A DNA stretch of 60,776 nt from an uncultured archaeon (GTDB taxonomy: Archaea > Asgardarchaeota > Lokiarchaeia > Sigyniarchaeales > SOKP01), in the NCBI GenBank assembly GCA_964388035.1, contig CAYLZE010000017.1, positions 1-60,776 on the forward strand, written 5' to 3'. This document shows, piece by piece, positions 1 through 9,506 of this stretch. The notes beneath the pieces are model-generated. The model made no database searches. It was not told where the DNA came from and was given only the letters and a program-made list of their open reading frames with translations. A program made the position numbers and the translations under genes. How positions within the stretch are numbered: position 1 is the first letter of the stretch; each line of letters starts with the position of its first letter.

Positions 1-189
1 TCCATACATTTGAGCAGGTTGGTTACCATAAGGTGAGGGCTGTGAATAAGGACTATAACCCGGCTTAGGTGCCCCATGTTCATAAGATTCTGCGCCAAAG
101 GGCTTATGTGGTAATTGCTCTCCACAATTTGGGCATACTATCCATGATTCTTCAACTTCTTCTCCACAAGAAGGACAGAATTTTGCCAC
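1..189 (-). CDS. Zinc-ribbon domain protein, N-terminal part (runs off window edge)
   Basis: Manual translation from GTG at 189: MAKFCPSCGEEVEESWIVCPNCGEQLP...YSPYSQPSPYGNQPAQMYG. Two CxxC knuckles are followed by a P/Y/Q-rich linker, and the frame is open to position 1. Confidence 0.8.
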   Translation of the reverse strand, partial: MAKFCPSCGEEVEESWIVCPNCGEQLPHKPFGAESYEHGAPKPGYSPYSQPSPYGNQPAQMYG

Positions 190-478
190 GTTATTAACAA
201 ATTTTTCTTTTTTTTGATAAATAATTATTTTAAGAATTAAAGTTTACTGGGAATGTTGAATAAATACAAATAGGTTTTGCACGTATTTATATTAAGAGAT
301 AATTTAATAGCATCCAAAATGAAAATTCTTTTATTTGTTAAGATTCTAACTTTATATTAAAATTATACGAAAAACCTCTTATCTTTGAAGCAAACCTTAT
401 TAATTTTCGATCATGATCGAGATTTAATTTCATTCCATTCCATCATGATAGGGAGAATTAAGAGCTATTAATTTAGAA

Positions 479-522
479 AATAAGAAATAAATGGTTGAAA
501 TGATTATAGATAACTTAATAAT
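479..522 (+). promoter_or_regulatory. 44-bp element upstream of tRNA-Arg(CCG), copy 1 of inverted pair
   Basis: AATAAGAAATAAATGGTTGAAATGATTATAGATAACTTAATAAT is 42/44 identical to the reverse complement of 3900-3943. It contains a TATA-like TTATAGAT about 32 nt upstream of the tRNA. Confidence 0.8.
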
Positions 523-542
523 ACTCTGAAATCGCTTTGAAT

Positions 543-647
543 GGCCTTGTAGCCTAGCATGGATGGGGCGCTGGCTTCCGGAGCCAGATATCGGGGGTTC
601 AATTTAATGTACCTTTCGTGCTTAAGGAACACATCCCTCCAAGGTCA
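543..647 (+). tRNA. tRNA-Arg(CCG) with 30-nt T-loop intron (603-632, position 58/59)
   Basis: Acceptor stem GGCCTTG/CAAGGTC, anticodon arm CTGGC-TTCCGGA-GCCAG, A20 Arg identity base. Removing 603-632 restores GGGGG-TTCAAAT-CCCTC. Central helix GUUC/GAAC has 3-nt bulges AAU and ACA. No encoded CCA. Confidence 0.93.
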
Positions 648-832
648 TGCTAATTTTTTAAACTTTATTGTAATCTCATTCTTTATAAATGGGCAAAAAA
701 AAAGTTCCGTGGAGAAAGGATAAAATGAAAAATCCCTTTCTCGAATTTCCGATATTGATTTATAGTATGATCATTTCAAAATGGAAAGTCAATATAAAAA
801 TAAAATAATAGTTGTGAAAAAAAAAAAATAAA

Positions 833-3283
833 CTAAGAAAGGATAATTTCCTTGGATTCTCTAGCTTCTAATTTTCGATACAGGACAACTTTTAAAAAGT
901 TTGCGGTTACAAAAGCTAAAAATGCATATATCCAAATAAAACCCGCTAAGGCCCAACCGATAGGTGCCATGAAAATTCCCATGGCCGCAAAGACCGTTGC
1001 GACAACTTGAGTAGATTCACATGTGATAAACAAGATTTTTGAAGGATAAGGTCTTTGCCAAAAATGATGCTCTTCGGTCCTGGTTAAATAGATCGTCATG
1101 TGTCCTCCGATGGCCAATTTTAAAAAGATTAGGGTTTGTAATGTTGCGAGATCGAGCAGTAATATATTTCTACCGATCACAAAAATTAAAAAGCTAAAAA
1201 ATACACCGATAACACCCAGTTCCGTTGCCGCAATTAACACGTTTCTCATTTTCCATCTGGCAGGAAAGGGCGATGGATTGGCATTATCAAATGCAATCGT
1301 CATGATCGGAAGGTCGTTCAAAAGTGCTAAGATGACAATCATTATTGCGGTTATTGGATAAAAATTGAAGAGTAAAATCGCGAGCACCAAAAAGATTAAA
1401 ACTCTTACGGTCTCAGCTATTCGATAAGTAGCATAGCTTTTCATCCGTTCAAATATTCTCCGACTTTCTACTGTTGCTCCGATAATTACCGAAAGTCCCG
1501 GTTCAGTCAAGACAATATCAGCGGCAGATTTAGCAACATCGGTAGCATTTGAGACCGCGATTCCCACATCAGCCTTCTTTAATGCAGGAGCATCGTTTAC
1601 TCCATCTCCCGTCATTCCGATTACGTGGCCTTTATTTTGAAGATCTTCGACAATCTTATATTTATGCTCGGGATACACTTCAGCAAATCCATTCGCACAT
1701 TCAGCGAGTTTTACGCATTCTTGTTCGCTATTTTCTAAAAGGGTAGTAGCGGTAACAAATTCTGTTCCCATTCCTAACTTTAAAGCCATTTCCTTGGCAA
1801 TTGCCACGTGGTCTCCCGTGACCATTTTGACATCCACGCACATCGATTTTGCCGTGTTGATCACTTCGGCAGAGTCCTGACGAGGCGGATCAAATAATGC
1901 GATGAGTCCTACATAATGCCATTCATTATCAGATCCTTTTTTTGCGACTCCTAAAGCACGATATCCTTGAGATGCAAAGAGTTTTCCTTTTTCTTCCACT
2001 CGTTGAGCTACATGATCCTTATTCGAAATTAGACCTAGGATTGTTTGGATTGCTCCTTTAGATACATCAATTATTGCCCCATCTTTCTCTACCATGGCTT
2101 CCGTCCTTTTTATGACAGGATCAAAGGGGGTAAAGGAGAGTAATTTATAACCGGAAGCATCTCCATTGAATTCTTTAAATTTGCTAAAAAATGCATCATC
2201 TATCGGGTCCTTATCCTCTTCTCTTGAGGCTAATACTCCGTACAAAATTACTTCTTCTGGGGTATAATTCTCAAAAGGCACGATTTCTCCAATAGATATT
2301 TTATTTTCTGTAATTGTTCCGGTTTTATCCGAACATAAAATATCCATGCTGGCTAGTTCTTCAATAGAGAGCAAGCGTTTCGCTATGGCTTTTTTCTTCG
2401 CTAAATCTGCGGCACCAACCGCCATCGAAACCATTAATACTGCGGGAAGGGCAACAGGAATTGCCGCAATAACCAGAACTAACGCAAATTGCAAGAGTTC
2501 AAAGAAATCTTGTCCCCTTAAAATGCCCACGATAAATACCAAGACGACCAAACTCACGGCGAGGATAATTAAATAGTTCCCTATTTTCACTACTGCTTTT
2601 TGAAAGTGACTCCTTGTTTTTGCCTCAGAAACTAAACTGGTTGTTTTTCCGAAAAAGGTGTTAACTCCCGTGCCAATTACTATTCCGTTCATTTCCCCTT
2701 TTTTAACGATGGCGCCCTCGTATGCAACATCACTTTTTCCCTTATTCACGGGTAAAGATTCTCCCGTTAAAGCGGATTCATCCAGATTAAGAAACTGCCC
2801 TTCAAAAAGCTTGATGTCTGCAGGAATAATGTCTCCTAATTTTATTCTTATTACATCCCCGGGTACTAAAAATTTTGCTTCTACATCTAACCATTTATTA
2901 TCACGCATCACTTTCGCATGCAAAGCTAATTTCTCCTTCAGCAATTCAACGGCGTTATCGGCTTTATATTCTTCCCAGAATCTTACGACAGCATTTATCA
3001 TTAACATGAGGAGAATTACAAAAAAATCATCCCAATGTTGAATAAAGAATGATAAAATGGCGGCTATTTCGATCATCCATGGAATGGGCCCCCAAAAATT
3101 GCTTAAAAATTTTAAGAGCGAACTTTGCTTCTTTTCAGGGACTTCATTGGAACCGTAGATCTTCAAGCGATTCTCGGCTTCCGTGCTTGTGAGACCTTTT
3201 TCATAGGTCTCAAATGTTTCTAATATTTCACCGATATCGTCATCTTTTTCTTCATCAATTGTTAAATAAATTGGTTTTAGCAA
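833..3283 (-). CDS. Plasma-membrane proton-efflux P-type ATPase (type IIIA)
   Basis: LTGES, IPVALP, DILCSDKTGT, GDGVNDAPALKKA motifs and TM6 LLND proton-acceptor Asp; 816 aa. Confidence 0.93.
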   Translation of the reverse strand: MLKPIYLTIDEEKDDDIGEILETFETYEKGLTSTEAENRLKIYGSNEVPEKKQSSLLKFLSNFWGPIPWMIEIAAILSFFIQHWDDFFVILLMLMINAVVRFWEEYKADNAVELLKEKLALHAKVMRDNKWLDVEAKFLVPGDVIRIKLGDIIPADIKLFEGQFLNLDESALTGESLPVNKGKSDVAYEGAIVKKGEMNGIVIGTGVNTFFGKTTSLVSEAKTRSHFQKAVVKIGNYLIILAVSLVVLVFIVGILRGQDFFELLQFALVLVIAAIPVALPAVLMVSMAVGAADLAKKKAIAKRLLSIEELASMDILCSDKTGTITENKISIGEIVPFENYTPEEVILYGVLASREEDKDPIDDAFFSKFKEFNGDASGYKLLSFTPFDPVIKRTEAMVEKDGAIIDVSKGAIQTILGLISNKDHVAQRVEEKGKLFASQGYRALGVAKKGSDNEWHYVGLIALFDPPRQDSAEVINTAKSMCVDVKMVTGDHVAIAKEMALKLGMGTEFVTATTLLENSEQECVKLAECANGFAEVYPEHKYKIVEDLQNKGHVIGMTGDGVNDAPALKKADVGIAVSNATDVAKSAADIVLTEPGLSVIIGATVESRRIFERMKSYATYRIAETVRVLIFLVLAILLFNFYPITAIMIVILALLNDLPIMTIAFDNANPSPFPARWKMRNVLIAATELGVIGVFFSFLIFVIGRNILLLDLATLQTLIFLKLAIGGHMTIYLTRTEEHHFWQRPYPSKILFITCESTQVVATVFAAMGIFMAPIGWALAGFIWIYAFLAFVTANFLKVVLYRKLEARESKEIILS

Positions 3284-3393
3284 TATCTATTCATCTTTTT
3301 AACAGTTATTTTATCTAACAAGTAAGATGTTTGTGATAAGCTTATGCATTACACTTAGAATAAAAAATTGGGTTAAAATCTTTCATGAGGTAA

Positions 3394-3711
3394 GAAAAAA
3401 GGGGCAAATATTTCAAAATTGAAGTAGTTAAATTTATTAAGTTTGTAAAATTTAATGACAAGGAAACCAATAAAGTTTCTTTCAACTTTTTCGCAATTAA
3501 CTACTTACAATATGAAGAACTCGCTAATCTAAATGGCGGATTTAGATATGTAGAAGAAATTAACATTGGTATCAGATTTTTGAATCCTAAACATTCTTTT
3601 CAAGATATTTCAACCCCTATATATAATCAAAACCAAATTTCCAACTTGCTTTTCTTAGTTATGTGGGAATGGATTTATGATAATGGTTTATTCTCTCTAT
3701 CTTTAGAATGA
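3394..3711 (+). other. Stop-free 105-codon reading frame without a canonical start (orphan gene or remnant)
   Basis: EKRGKYFKIEVVKF...VMWEWIYDNGLFSLSLE*. SD-like GAGGT lies at 3387-3391, with AGG at 3400 where an ATG would be expected. Confidence 0.45.
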
Positions 3712-3752
3712 TTCAAATAAATCGCAAGAATATTTTAAGACAAGGATTGAAA

Positions 3753-3856
3753 TGACCTAGGGGGGATTTGAACCCCCGATGTCTGGGAACGGCAAGCCCC
3801 TAATAGGGGACTTGGCTCCGCAAGCCAGCGCCCTATCCATGCTGGACCACTAGGTC
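3753..3856 (-). tRNA. tRNA-Arg(GCG) with 29-nt intron in the anticodon stem (3787-3815, position 39/40)
   Basis: Acceptor stem GACCTAG/CTAGGTC and T arm GGGGG-TTCAAAT-CCCCC. Removing CCAAGTCCCCTATTAGGGGCTTGCCGTTC restores CTGGC-TTGCGGA-GCCAG. Central helix GCGG/CCGU, bulge AGC, strong intron hairpin. No encoded CCA. Confidence 0.93.
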
Positions 3857-3899
3857 AATAAATTCAGATATTTACAGTAGCAATACATGTTTTGACTCG

Positions 3900-3943
3900 A
3901 TTATTAAATTATCTATAATTATTTCAACCATTTATTTCTTATT
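3900..3943 (-). promoter_or_regulatory. 44-bp element upstream of tRNA-Arg(GCG), copy 2 of inverted pair
   Basis: Minus strand reads AATAAGAAATAAATGGTTGAAATAATTATAGATAATTTAATAAT, with 2 mismatches to 479-522. Confidence 0.8.
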
Positions 3944-4056
3944 CTCATTTCCAAGAATTGTTTTCAATAGGTTAGAGAAAATGCTTTTAGATCTCAGATA
4001 TTTACAAAAACGATACATGATTTAAAATTATATAAAAGGAAAGATTCTATGGAATA

Positions 4057-4722
4057 ATGTACGAGGATTATTGCGTGATTTTTGACATGGATGGGGTACT
4101 GGCAGATACCGGTCCGATTCATTTTAAAAGCTGGAAAAAAGTGGCCGAAGAGGAGGCAAGCGTGGAATTTACGAGAGCATTTTTTAATGCTACGTTTGGT
4201 CAGCAATCTATACCCATTACACGAAGATTAGTAGGTCCTAAGATAGACCAGAAGTTGGTAGAAAAATGGGCAAACTTGAAGGAAGAATATTATAGAGAAA
4301 TGGTAAAGGATGATTTAAAGCCATTGCCAGGTGTGATTGAATTAATTAATGATTTGAAAACTCGCAAGTTTCGTTTAGCCGTGGGCTCCAGTGGTCCCCC
4401 TGAAAACGTGGAATTGCTTCTGTCAAGCTTGAACATAAAAAAATATTTTGATGTCGTGATAACGGCTGCAGATGTTGAAAATGGAAAGCCCTCTCCAGAT
4501 GTATTCCTCCTTGTCGCAAAAAGATTGAACCTCCCATTAAAGCATTGCTTGGTGATTGAGGATGCTCCCGTGGGGATTGAAGCGGCAACTCGGGCAAAAA
4601 TGAAGTGCATTGCTCTTACCACGACTCATGAGGAGAAGGAATTAACTCAAGCGAATCTAATTATAAAAGACTTGTCGCAAATAACAGCGAATGAGGTAAT
4701 CCGTTTACTCTATACGGAGTAA
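4057..4722 (+). CDS. HAD-superfamily phosphatase (beta-phosphoglucomutase-like)
   Basis: FDMDGVL, GSS, GKPSPD and IEDAPVG motifs. Confidence 0.9.
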   Translation: MYEDYCVIFDMDGVLADTGPIHFKSWKKVAEEEASVEFTRAFFNATFGQQSIPITRRLVGPKIDQKLVEKWANLKEEYYREMVKDDLKPLPGVIELINDLKTRKFRLAVGSSGPPENVELLLSSLNIKKYFDVVITAADVENGKPSPDVFLLVAKRLNLPLKHCLVIEDAPVGIEAATRAKMKCIALTTTHEEKELTQANLIIKDLSQITANEVIRLLYTE

Positions 4723-4901
4723 TATTCTTTAAAACTTGAATAGTTAGATTATATTTAATTTAAAGGACATTACGGATTCATTCTGTCTTTAAATTGATCA
4801 GAAAAGGCATGGAATTCCTATAAGTTTAACTTGAATGAAATTAATTTTTGTGTTAAGTCTCATGGATTTAATTTGGAATTAACAGAGAATAAAAAAAACA
4901 C

Positions 4902-5822
4902 GTGTCCTTAAAAATAATATTATTAAAAAGGCCTCTTATTTCCTTCTTTGTCTTAACATATTTAATTTCCTGGTTGATTTGGTTTCCCGTGGTGATCTAT
5001 TATTATTTGAATCCGTTTCCTCTTTCATTTTCCAGCACTCCATTATCATTAATATTAATCACGTTTCTGGGATTTTTTGGGCCTACTTTTGCAGCAATGA
5101 TCATGGCAATACTCCAGAACGATAAGGCAGGATTGGGTAAGTTATTTTCCCGATGGAAGATATGGAAGGTAGGGGTTCAATGGTATTTAGTGATTCCTAT
5201 CTTTTTTTTAACGCTTTCATTTATTGCACTTCAGCTTTATATTTTCTTTGACATGGTAAGTCCTGAAGTAAATTGGGGCATGTTATATCTAATTATTCCC
5301 TCCTTCATTCAAGCTGCCATTATCGGAGGATCAATCGCCGAAGAAACGGGATGGCGGGGATATGCCCTTCCCAATTTAATGAAATCACGGAACGCATTAA
5401 CTTCGAGCTTGATAATAGGCGTAATATGGGGTTTTTGGCATTTTCCCTTGCTTTTAATACCTGGAGCTAACATTCCCGTTCCCTTAAATGTTTCTAGCTT
5501 ATCTCTATTTGTATTAAATTCCATTGCTCTCTCGGTCATTATAGCGTGGCTGTTCAATAATACTCGGGGAAGCGTATTCATTACTTATCTCTTCCATACT
5601 GCGGCAAATTCGATATCCTTACTTTCTATTGTTTACAAATTCAGCGATTTTCAAACCGCTTGGTTGGATTACATGTGGTTTAATCTCTTGATAAAAGGAA
5701 TCTTTTTAGCGTTTCTTATCGTTTTTTTCCGACCCACTTTCCTTTCCCGGCAATTTGAAGCCAAGGAGAATTTTTTGATTGCCTTAGGAATAGTAGAATC
5801 TAATGAAGAGGGAGGAAAATAG
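4902..5822 (+). CDS. CPBP/Abi (CAAX protease II) intramembrane protease
   Basis: EETGWRGY, WGFWH and HTAAN motifs; multiple TM helices. Confidence 0.88.
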   Translation: MSLKIILLKRPLISFFVLTYLISWLIWFPVVIYYYLNPFPLSFSSTPLSLILITFLGFFGPTFAAMIMAILQNDKAGLGKLFSRWKIWKVGVQWYLVIPIFFLTLSFIALQLYIFFDMVSPEVNWGMLYLIIPSFIQAAIIGGSIAEETGWRGYALPNLMKSRNALTSSLIIGVIWGFWHFPLLLIPGANIPVPLNVSSLSLFVLNSIALSVIIAWLFNNTRGSVFITYLFHTAANSISLLSIVYKFSDFQTAWLDYMWFNLLIKGIFLAFLIVFFRPTFLSRQFEAKENFLIALGIVESNEEGGK

Positions 5823-5997
5823 CCATAATTTATTCATTACTCATTATATGATTATTTTCTTTTTATTTTCCTTATATTTTTATAGTACGGAAGCTTTAAT
5901 CTCAAAATTCATGGGGCAAGGTCAGAGGAAAGCAGAAGTATCGAGTATAAAAAAAATAATTTAAATATTACAAGGAAGTTTTTATACTAATAGTATC

Positions 5998-6666
5998 ATG
6001 ATTTTTTTATGTTTAGGGAATTCTTTAACGGCGGGAACTCCAGGTCATGATCCGTCTCCGGATGGTATCTCTCCGGGATATGGAAATGTAGAATCTCAAT
6101 ATCAATTTTGGCTTAAAATCGAATGCTTGGACTTTTTTGAAAAGAATTTAGGACAAGTGGATGATTTCATCGTAGAAAAATTAGAATTTATTAATAAGGG
6201 AGTTTCAGGGGAATTAACCGGTGAATTATTACAAAGAATTGAATTGGAAATTGAAAATGCGATATTTAAACCCGATTATTGCATTATTATTGAGGGAACG
6301 AACGATCTTGGTTGGAACATTCCCGTTGAGGAGATCTTTTTACATATTAAGCAAATGCATGAAATTTCCCATAGCATGGAAATAGATTCAATCGGAGCTA
6401 CCATTCCTCCTGTACTAGGGGAGGAATCTTATCCCATCTATAAGGAAAATAAACGATTAATCAACGAGAAATTAATCCACTTTTTTGAGGATATGCAAAT
6501 CCCCCATGCAGACCTATATAAGAAAATGATAGATGAGAAGGGAAATTTAAAAGCAGAGTTGGCGTACTTGGATGGTCTTCATTTTTCCGTTAGAGGATAT
6601 CAAGAAATGGGGAAAATTATTTTTAACGATGTTATTCATGATTTGTTAGAACATGAGTTTTTTTGA
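5998..6666 (+). CDS. SGNH/GDSL hydrolase
   Basis: GNSLT, NKGVSG, GTND and DGLH blocks. Confidence 0.87.
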   Translation: MIFLCLGNSLTAGTPGHDPSPDGISPGYGNVESQYQFWLKIECLDFFEKNLGQVDDFIVEKLEFINKGVSGELTGELLQRIELEIENAIFKPDYCIIIEGTNDLGWNIPVEEIFLHIKQMHEISHSMEIDSIGATIPPVLGEESYPIYKENKRLINEKLIHFFEDMQIPHADLYKKMIDEKGNLKAELAYLDGLHFSVRGYQEMGKIIFNDVIHDLLEHEFF

Positions 6667-6732
6667 TTTCCGCTAAAAAATGGAATGTTGATTTAATTAA
6701 TGACTTATATAATTAGTATTATTCTGGAATTT

Positions 6733-8229
6733 TCAGGTAGTGGGTTGCGGAGATGAATACCAATAACCCAACATGTGTTGGTACATTTTGTTAAAGTCCT
6801 TTAGTAATTCCTTATATTTAGCTGCCGTAATTTTTTCTGGATTCACTATCACGTTCTTAGAATCGTTGGAGTGGTCAATAGTAGAGAAATCTTTGAGCAA
6901 TCCTAAGCCATACGAAGCTAAAAGTCCGCATCCCCGCAAGCTAGCTTCTGGCTGATCTGTTATAATGTGGGGTACCTGCATGACATTGGCTTTAATTTGA
7001 TATAGTAATTTATTTCTGGTTGCACCCCCCACGGAGATTACCCGTTGAATATCTACCCCCAGTTCTTTAAAATTATGAAAATCTTTTCCTAAAGCTAAAG
7101 CAACGCCTTCCATGATAGCTCTTGCAAAATGGGCGGCATGATGGTTTAAATTCAGACCAAAAAAGCATCCACGTGCTAAAACATTTTCTGGGCGTCTTTC
7201 TCCTAAGAAATAGGGATAAAATAGCAATCCATCAGAACCAATGGGAACTTGTTTTGCCATCTGGATCATTTTTCCATAAGAAACCTCCTCCCCGATTGAG
7301 CTAAGAAAGTCTTTACACCATTTCATGCTCAATCCCCCGCAATCCAGCAGGGTAAACGGAACCCATCCTTCAATCACATGCTTTAAATTTTGGATGGAAG
7401 GATGTATTATCGGTTTATCTCTCTGTACCACGAATAGTGTGCTTGTACCAGTCATATCCACAGCATTTCCTCCTCCAACAAGCCCTAATCCTAATAAAGA
7501 AACGATGAAATCACCCCCTCCTGCAAAAACTGAGATCCCCTGTGGCAAGCCTAATTCATCAGCGATAGTATCCTTAATCGGACCAATTTTTTCATGAGAT
7601 TGATGTATGGGAGCAAACATATTCAAATCAATATCTAAAATATCTGCCATCTTCTCCGAATAATTATTTTTATTGAAATCATATAAATAAGTTCCTGAAG
7701 CTTCGCTCGGGTCCGTTGCCTTAATACTTGTAAGTTGAAAATTAATAAAATCTTTGGGTACCAAGAACACATCCGTTTTTTTGTATATATCTGGTTGGTT
7801 TTGTTTAATCCAGCTGACTTTTGCTCCCGGCCATCCTGTAGTGATGGGATTACCTGTTATGCAGGCAAGTTCATTTTCATCATGATCTTTTCTGATTTGC
7901 TTACAAATATTTTCACATCGTTTATCCATCCATATTTGGGTCCATTCTGTGGTAATTTGACCATTTTCATCAATTCCTACGGGACCGTGCATTTGACCAC
8001 AAGCGCAAATAGCTTCTATAGTAGTAGGATCAATTGACTCCTTTTTTAAAAGAGAGAAAATTGTTTGTTTTACCAACTCCCACCACACTCGGGGCTTTTG
8101 TTGTGCCCATCCCGCATGTGGACTATCCACCTCTTGGGATACTTGGGATATATCTTGGATGGTTCCATCAATACCCACGATCGCGGCTCTTACACTTTGA
8201 GTTCCTAAATCAATTGCTAATATTTTCAT
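6733..8229 (-). CDS. FGGY-family carbohydrate kinase (xylulokinase-like)
   Basis: AIDLGTQS, GQMHG, GGGD, PYFLGER and VGGA motifs. Confidence 0.9.
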   Translation of the reverse strand: MKILAIDLGTQSVRAAIVGIDGTIQDISQVSQEVDSPHAGWAQQKPRVWWELVKQTIFSLLKKESIDPTTIEAICACGQMHGPVGIDENGQITTEWTQIWMDKRCENICKQIRKDHDENELACITGNPITTGWPGAKVSWIKQNQPDIYKKTDVFLVPKDFINFQLTSIKATDPSEASGTYLYDFNKNNYSEKMADILDIDLNMFAPIHQSHEKIGPIKDTIADELGLPQGISVFAGGGDFIVSLLGLGLVGGGNAVDMTGTSTLFVVQRDKPIIHPSIQNLKHVIEGWVPFTLLDCGGLSMKWCKDFLSSIGEEVSYGKMIQMAKQVPIGSDGLLFYPYFLGERRPENVLARGCFFGLNLNHHAAHFARAIMEGVALALGKDFHNFKELGVDIQRVISVGGATRNKLLYQIKANVMQVPHIITDQPEASLRGCGLLASYGLGLLKDFSTIDHSNDSKNVIVNPEKITAAKYKELLKDFNKMYQHMLGYWYSSPQPTT

Positions 8230-8306
8230 TCATGTCACAGTCATATATTTTCAAAAATAAAGTTTTAATGAGAAGGAATTGAGTAGAAAGAGAGAAGATG
8301 TTCAAA

Positions 8307-9506
8307 TCATAATCGATTCATTAAAATTATCTTGATATCTTCTCTCGAGAGAAGAACGGGATTATTTTTAAGTCCTGCATTTTCCACGATCTTATCCAAA
8401 TCCTTTGAAGTAATCCCATACTTACCAAGCTTTTCCAAATCCAAGCGCTCTGTCCATTTATCTAAAGTATCAGTTAATGCATAGCAGAAATAGTCGATAT
8501 CCTTTTCCTCAAAACATTCATTTCCCTCCAATAAACCACCAATTTTCGCGTGCTTTAAAAGTGCTTCCTTTCCAGCAAGGCCCATTTTCTTTATTTTTAA
8601 GATGTTCATTTTAGTAGCTTCTGCTAAGAGCGTTCCGCAAATCACCCCATGAGGAATGTCAAAGAATCCTCCTATGGGGGAAGCAAGCCCATGAACGATT
8701 CCTAGACCTGCATTGGCAAGAGTGATGCCAGACATTAACGAGCCGTACGCCATTGCAGATCGCACTTCAATATCCGTGCTTCTGTACGTACAAGAAGGAA
8801 TCATATTATCTTTCATTGCTTTCATTCCACTATATGCTAAGGCATCTGTCATGGGAGAAGGTTTCGATGATACATACGCCTCTAACAATTGCGTGAAAGC
8901 ATCCATTCCACATGCTGCGGTAACTGAGGGGGGACAAGAGATGATTAATTCGGGATCAATGATTGCATAATTTGGAATTAAATTATCATGTCGCAAGGAC
9001 TTTTTAAATCCGTCAGATCCCACTTTACTTATAACGGCATTTTTAGTAGCTTCACTTCCTGTTCCAGATGTTGTGGGTATAGCAATATAGGGAACTTTTA
9101 TACCATCATGTACCTTATTTCCTATTCCTTCTAAATAATTAGAAATGGAATCACTTTTAGGTATCATAGCGGATATGGCTTTTCCGGCATCAACTACGCT
9201 ACCCCCTCCAATTCCAATAACCACATCTATTTTTTTATTCCTAAATTTCTTTGCATTCTCATCAATTAGTTGAGGCGAGGGTTCTCCTTTAATGCTGATA
9301 TGGTCAAACAGTATGCTTCTTTTTGCCAATTCAGAAGTGATTTCTTCCCATTTTCCTGAGTTTTCCAATGAACTGGAGCCAGTAACAATTAATGCATTCT
9401 TTCCCAGAGTAAGAATAATCTTATAAAGTTCTGAGAGTTTACCCGCCCCAAAAATAATGTGCGGGATGCTTGCAAAATTAAAAGGTAAAATATTCATTGT
9501 TTCCAC
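8307..9506 (-). CDS. Iron-containing alcohol dehydrogenase
   Basis: GGGSVVD, PTTSGTGSE, GIVHGLA and PHG motifs. Confidence 0.92.
   Translation of the reverse strand: METMNILPFNFASIPHIIFGAGKLSELYKIILTLGKNALIVTGSSSLENSGKWEEITSELAKRSILFDHISIKGEPSPQLIDENAKKFRNKKIDVVIGIGGGSVVDAGKAISAMIPKSDSISNYLEGIGNKVHDGIKVPYIAIPTTSGTGSEATKNAVISKVGSDGFKKSLRHDNLIPNYAIIDPELIISCPPSVTAACGMDAFTQLLEAYVSSKPSPMTDALAYSGMKAMKDNMIPSCTYRSTDIEVRSAMAYGSLMSGITLANAGLGIVHGLASPIGGFFDIPHGVICGTLLAEATKMNILKIKKMGLAGKEALLKHAKIGGLLEGNECFEEKDIDYFCYALTDTLDKWTERLDLEKLGKYGITSKDLDKIVENAGLKNNPVLLSREDIKIILMNRL

Noticed and set aside
479-3943. 44-bp inverted repeats as transposon terminal repeats
   Set aside because: No transposase and no target-site duplication in the flanks. 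The repeats contain TATA-like sequence positioned as tRNA promoters.
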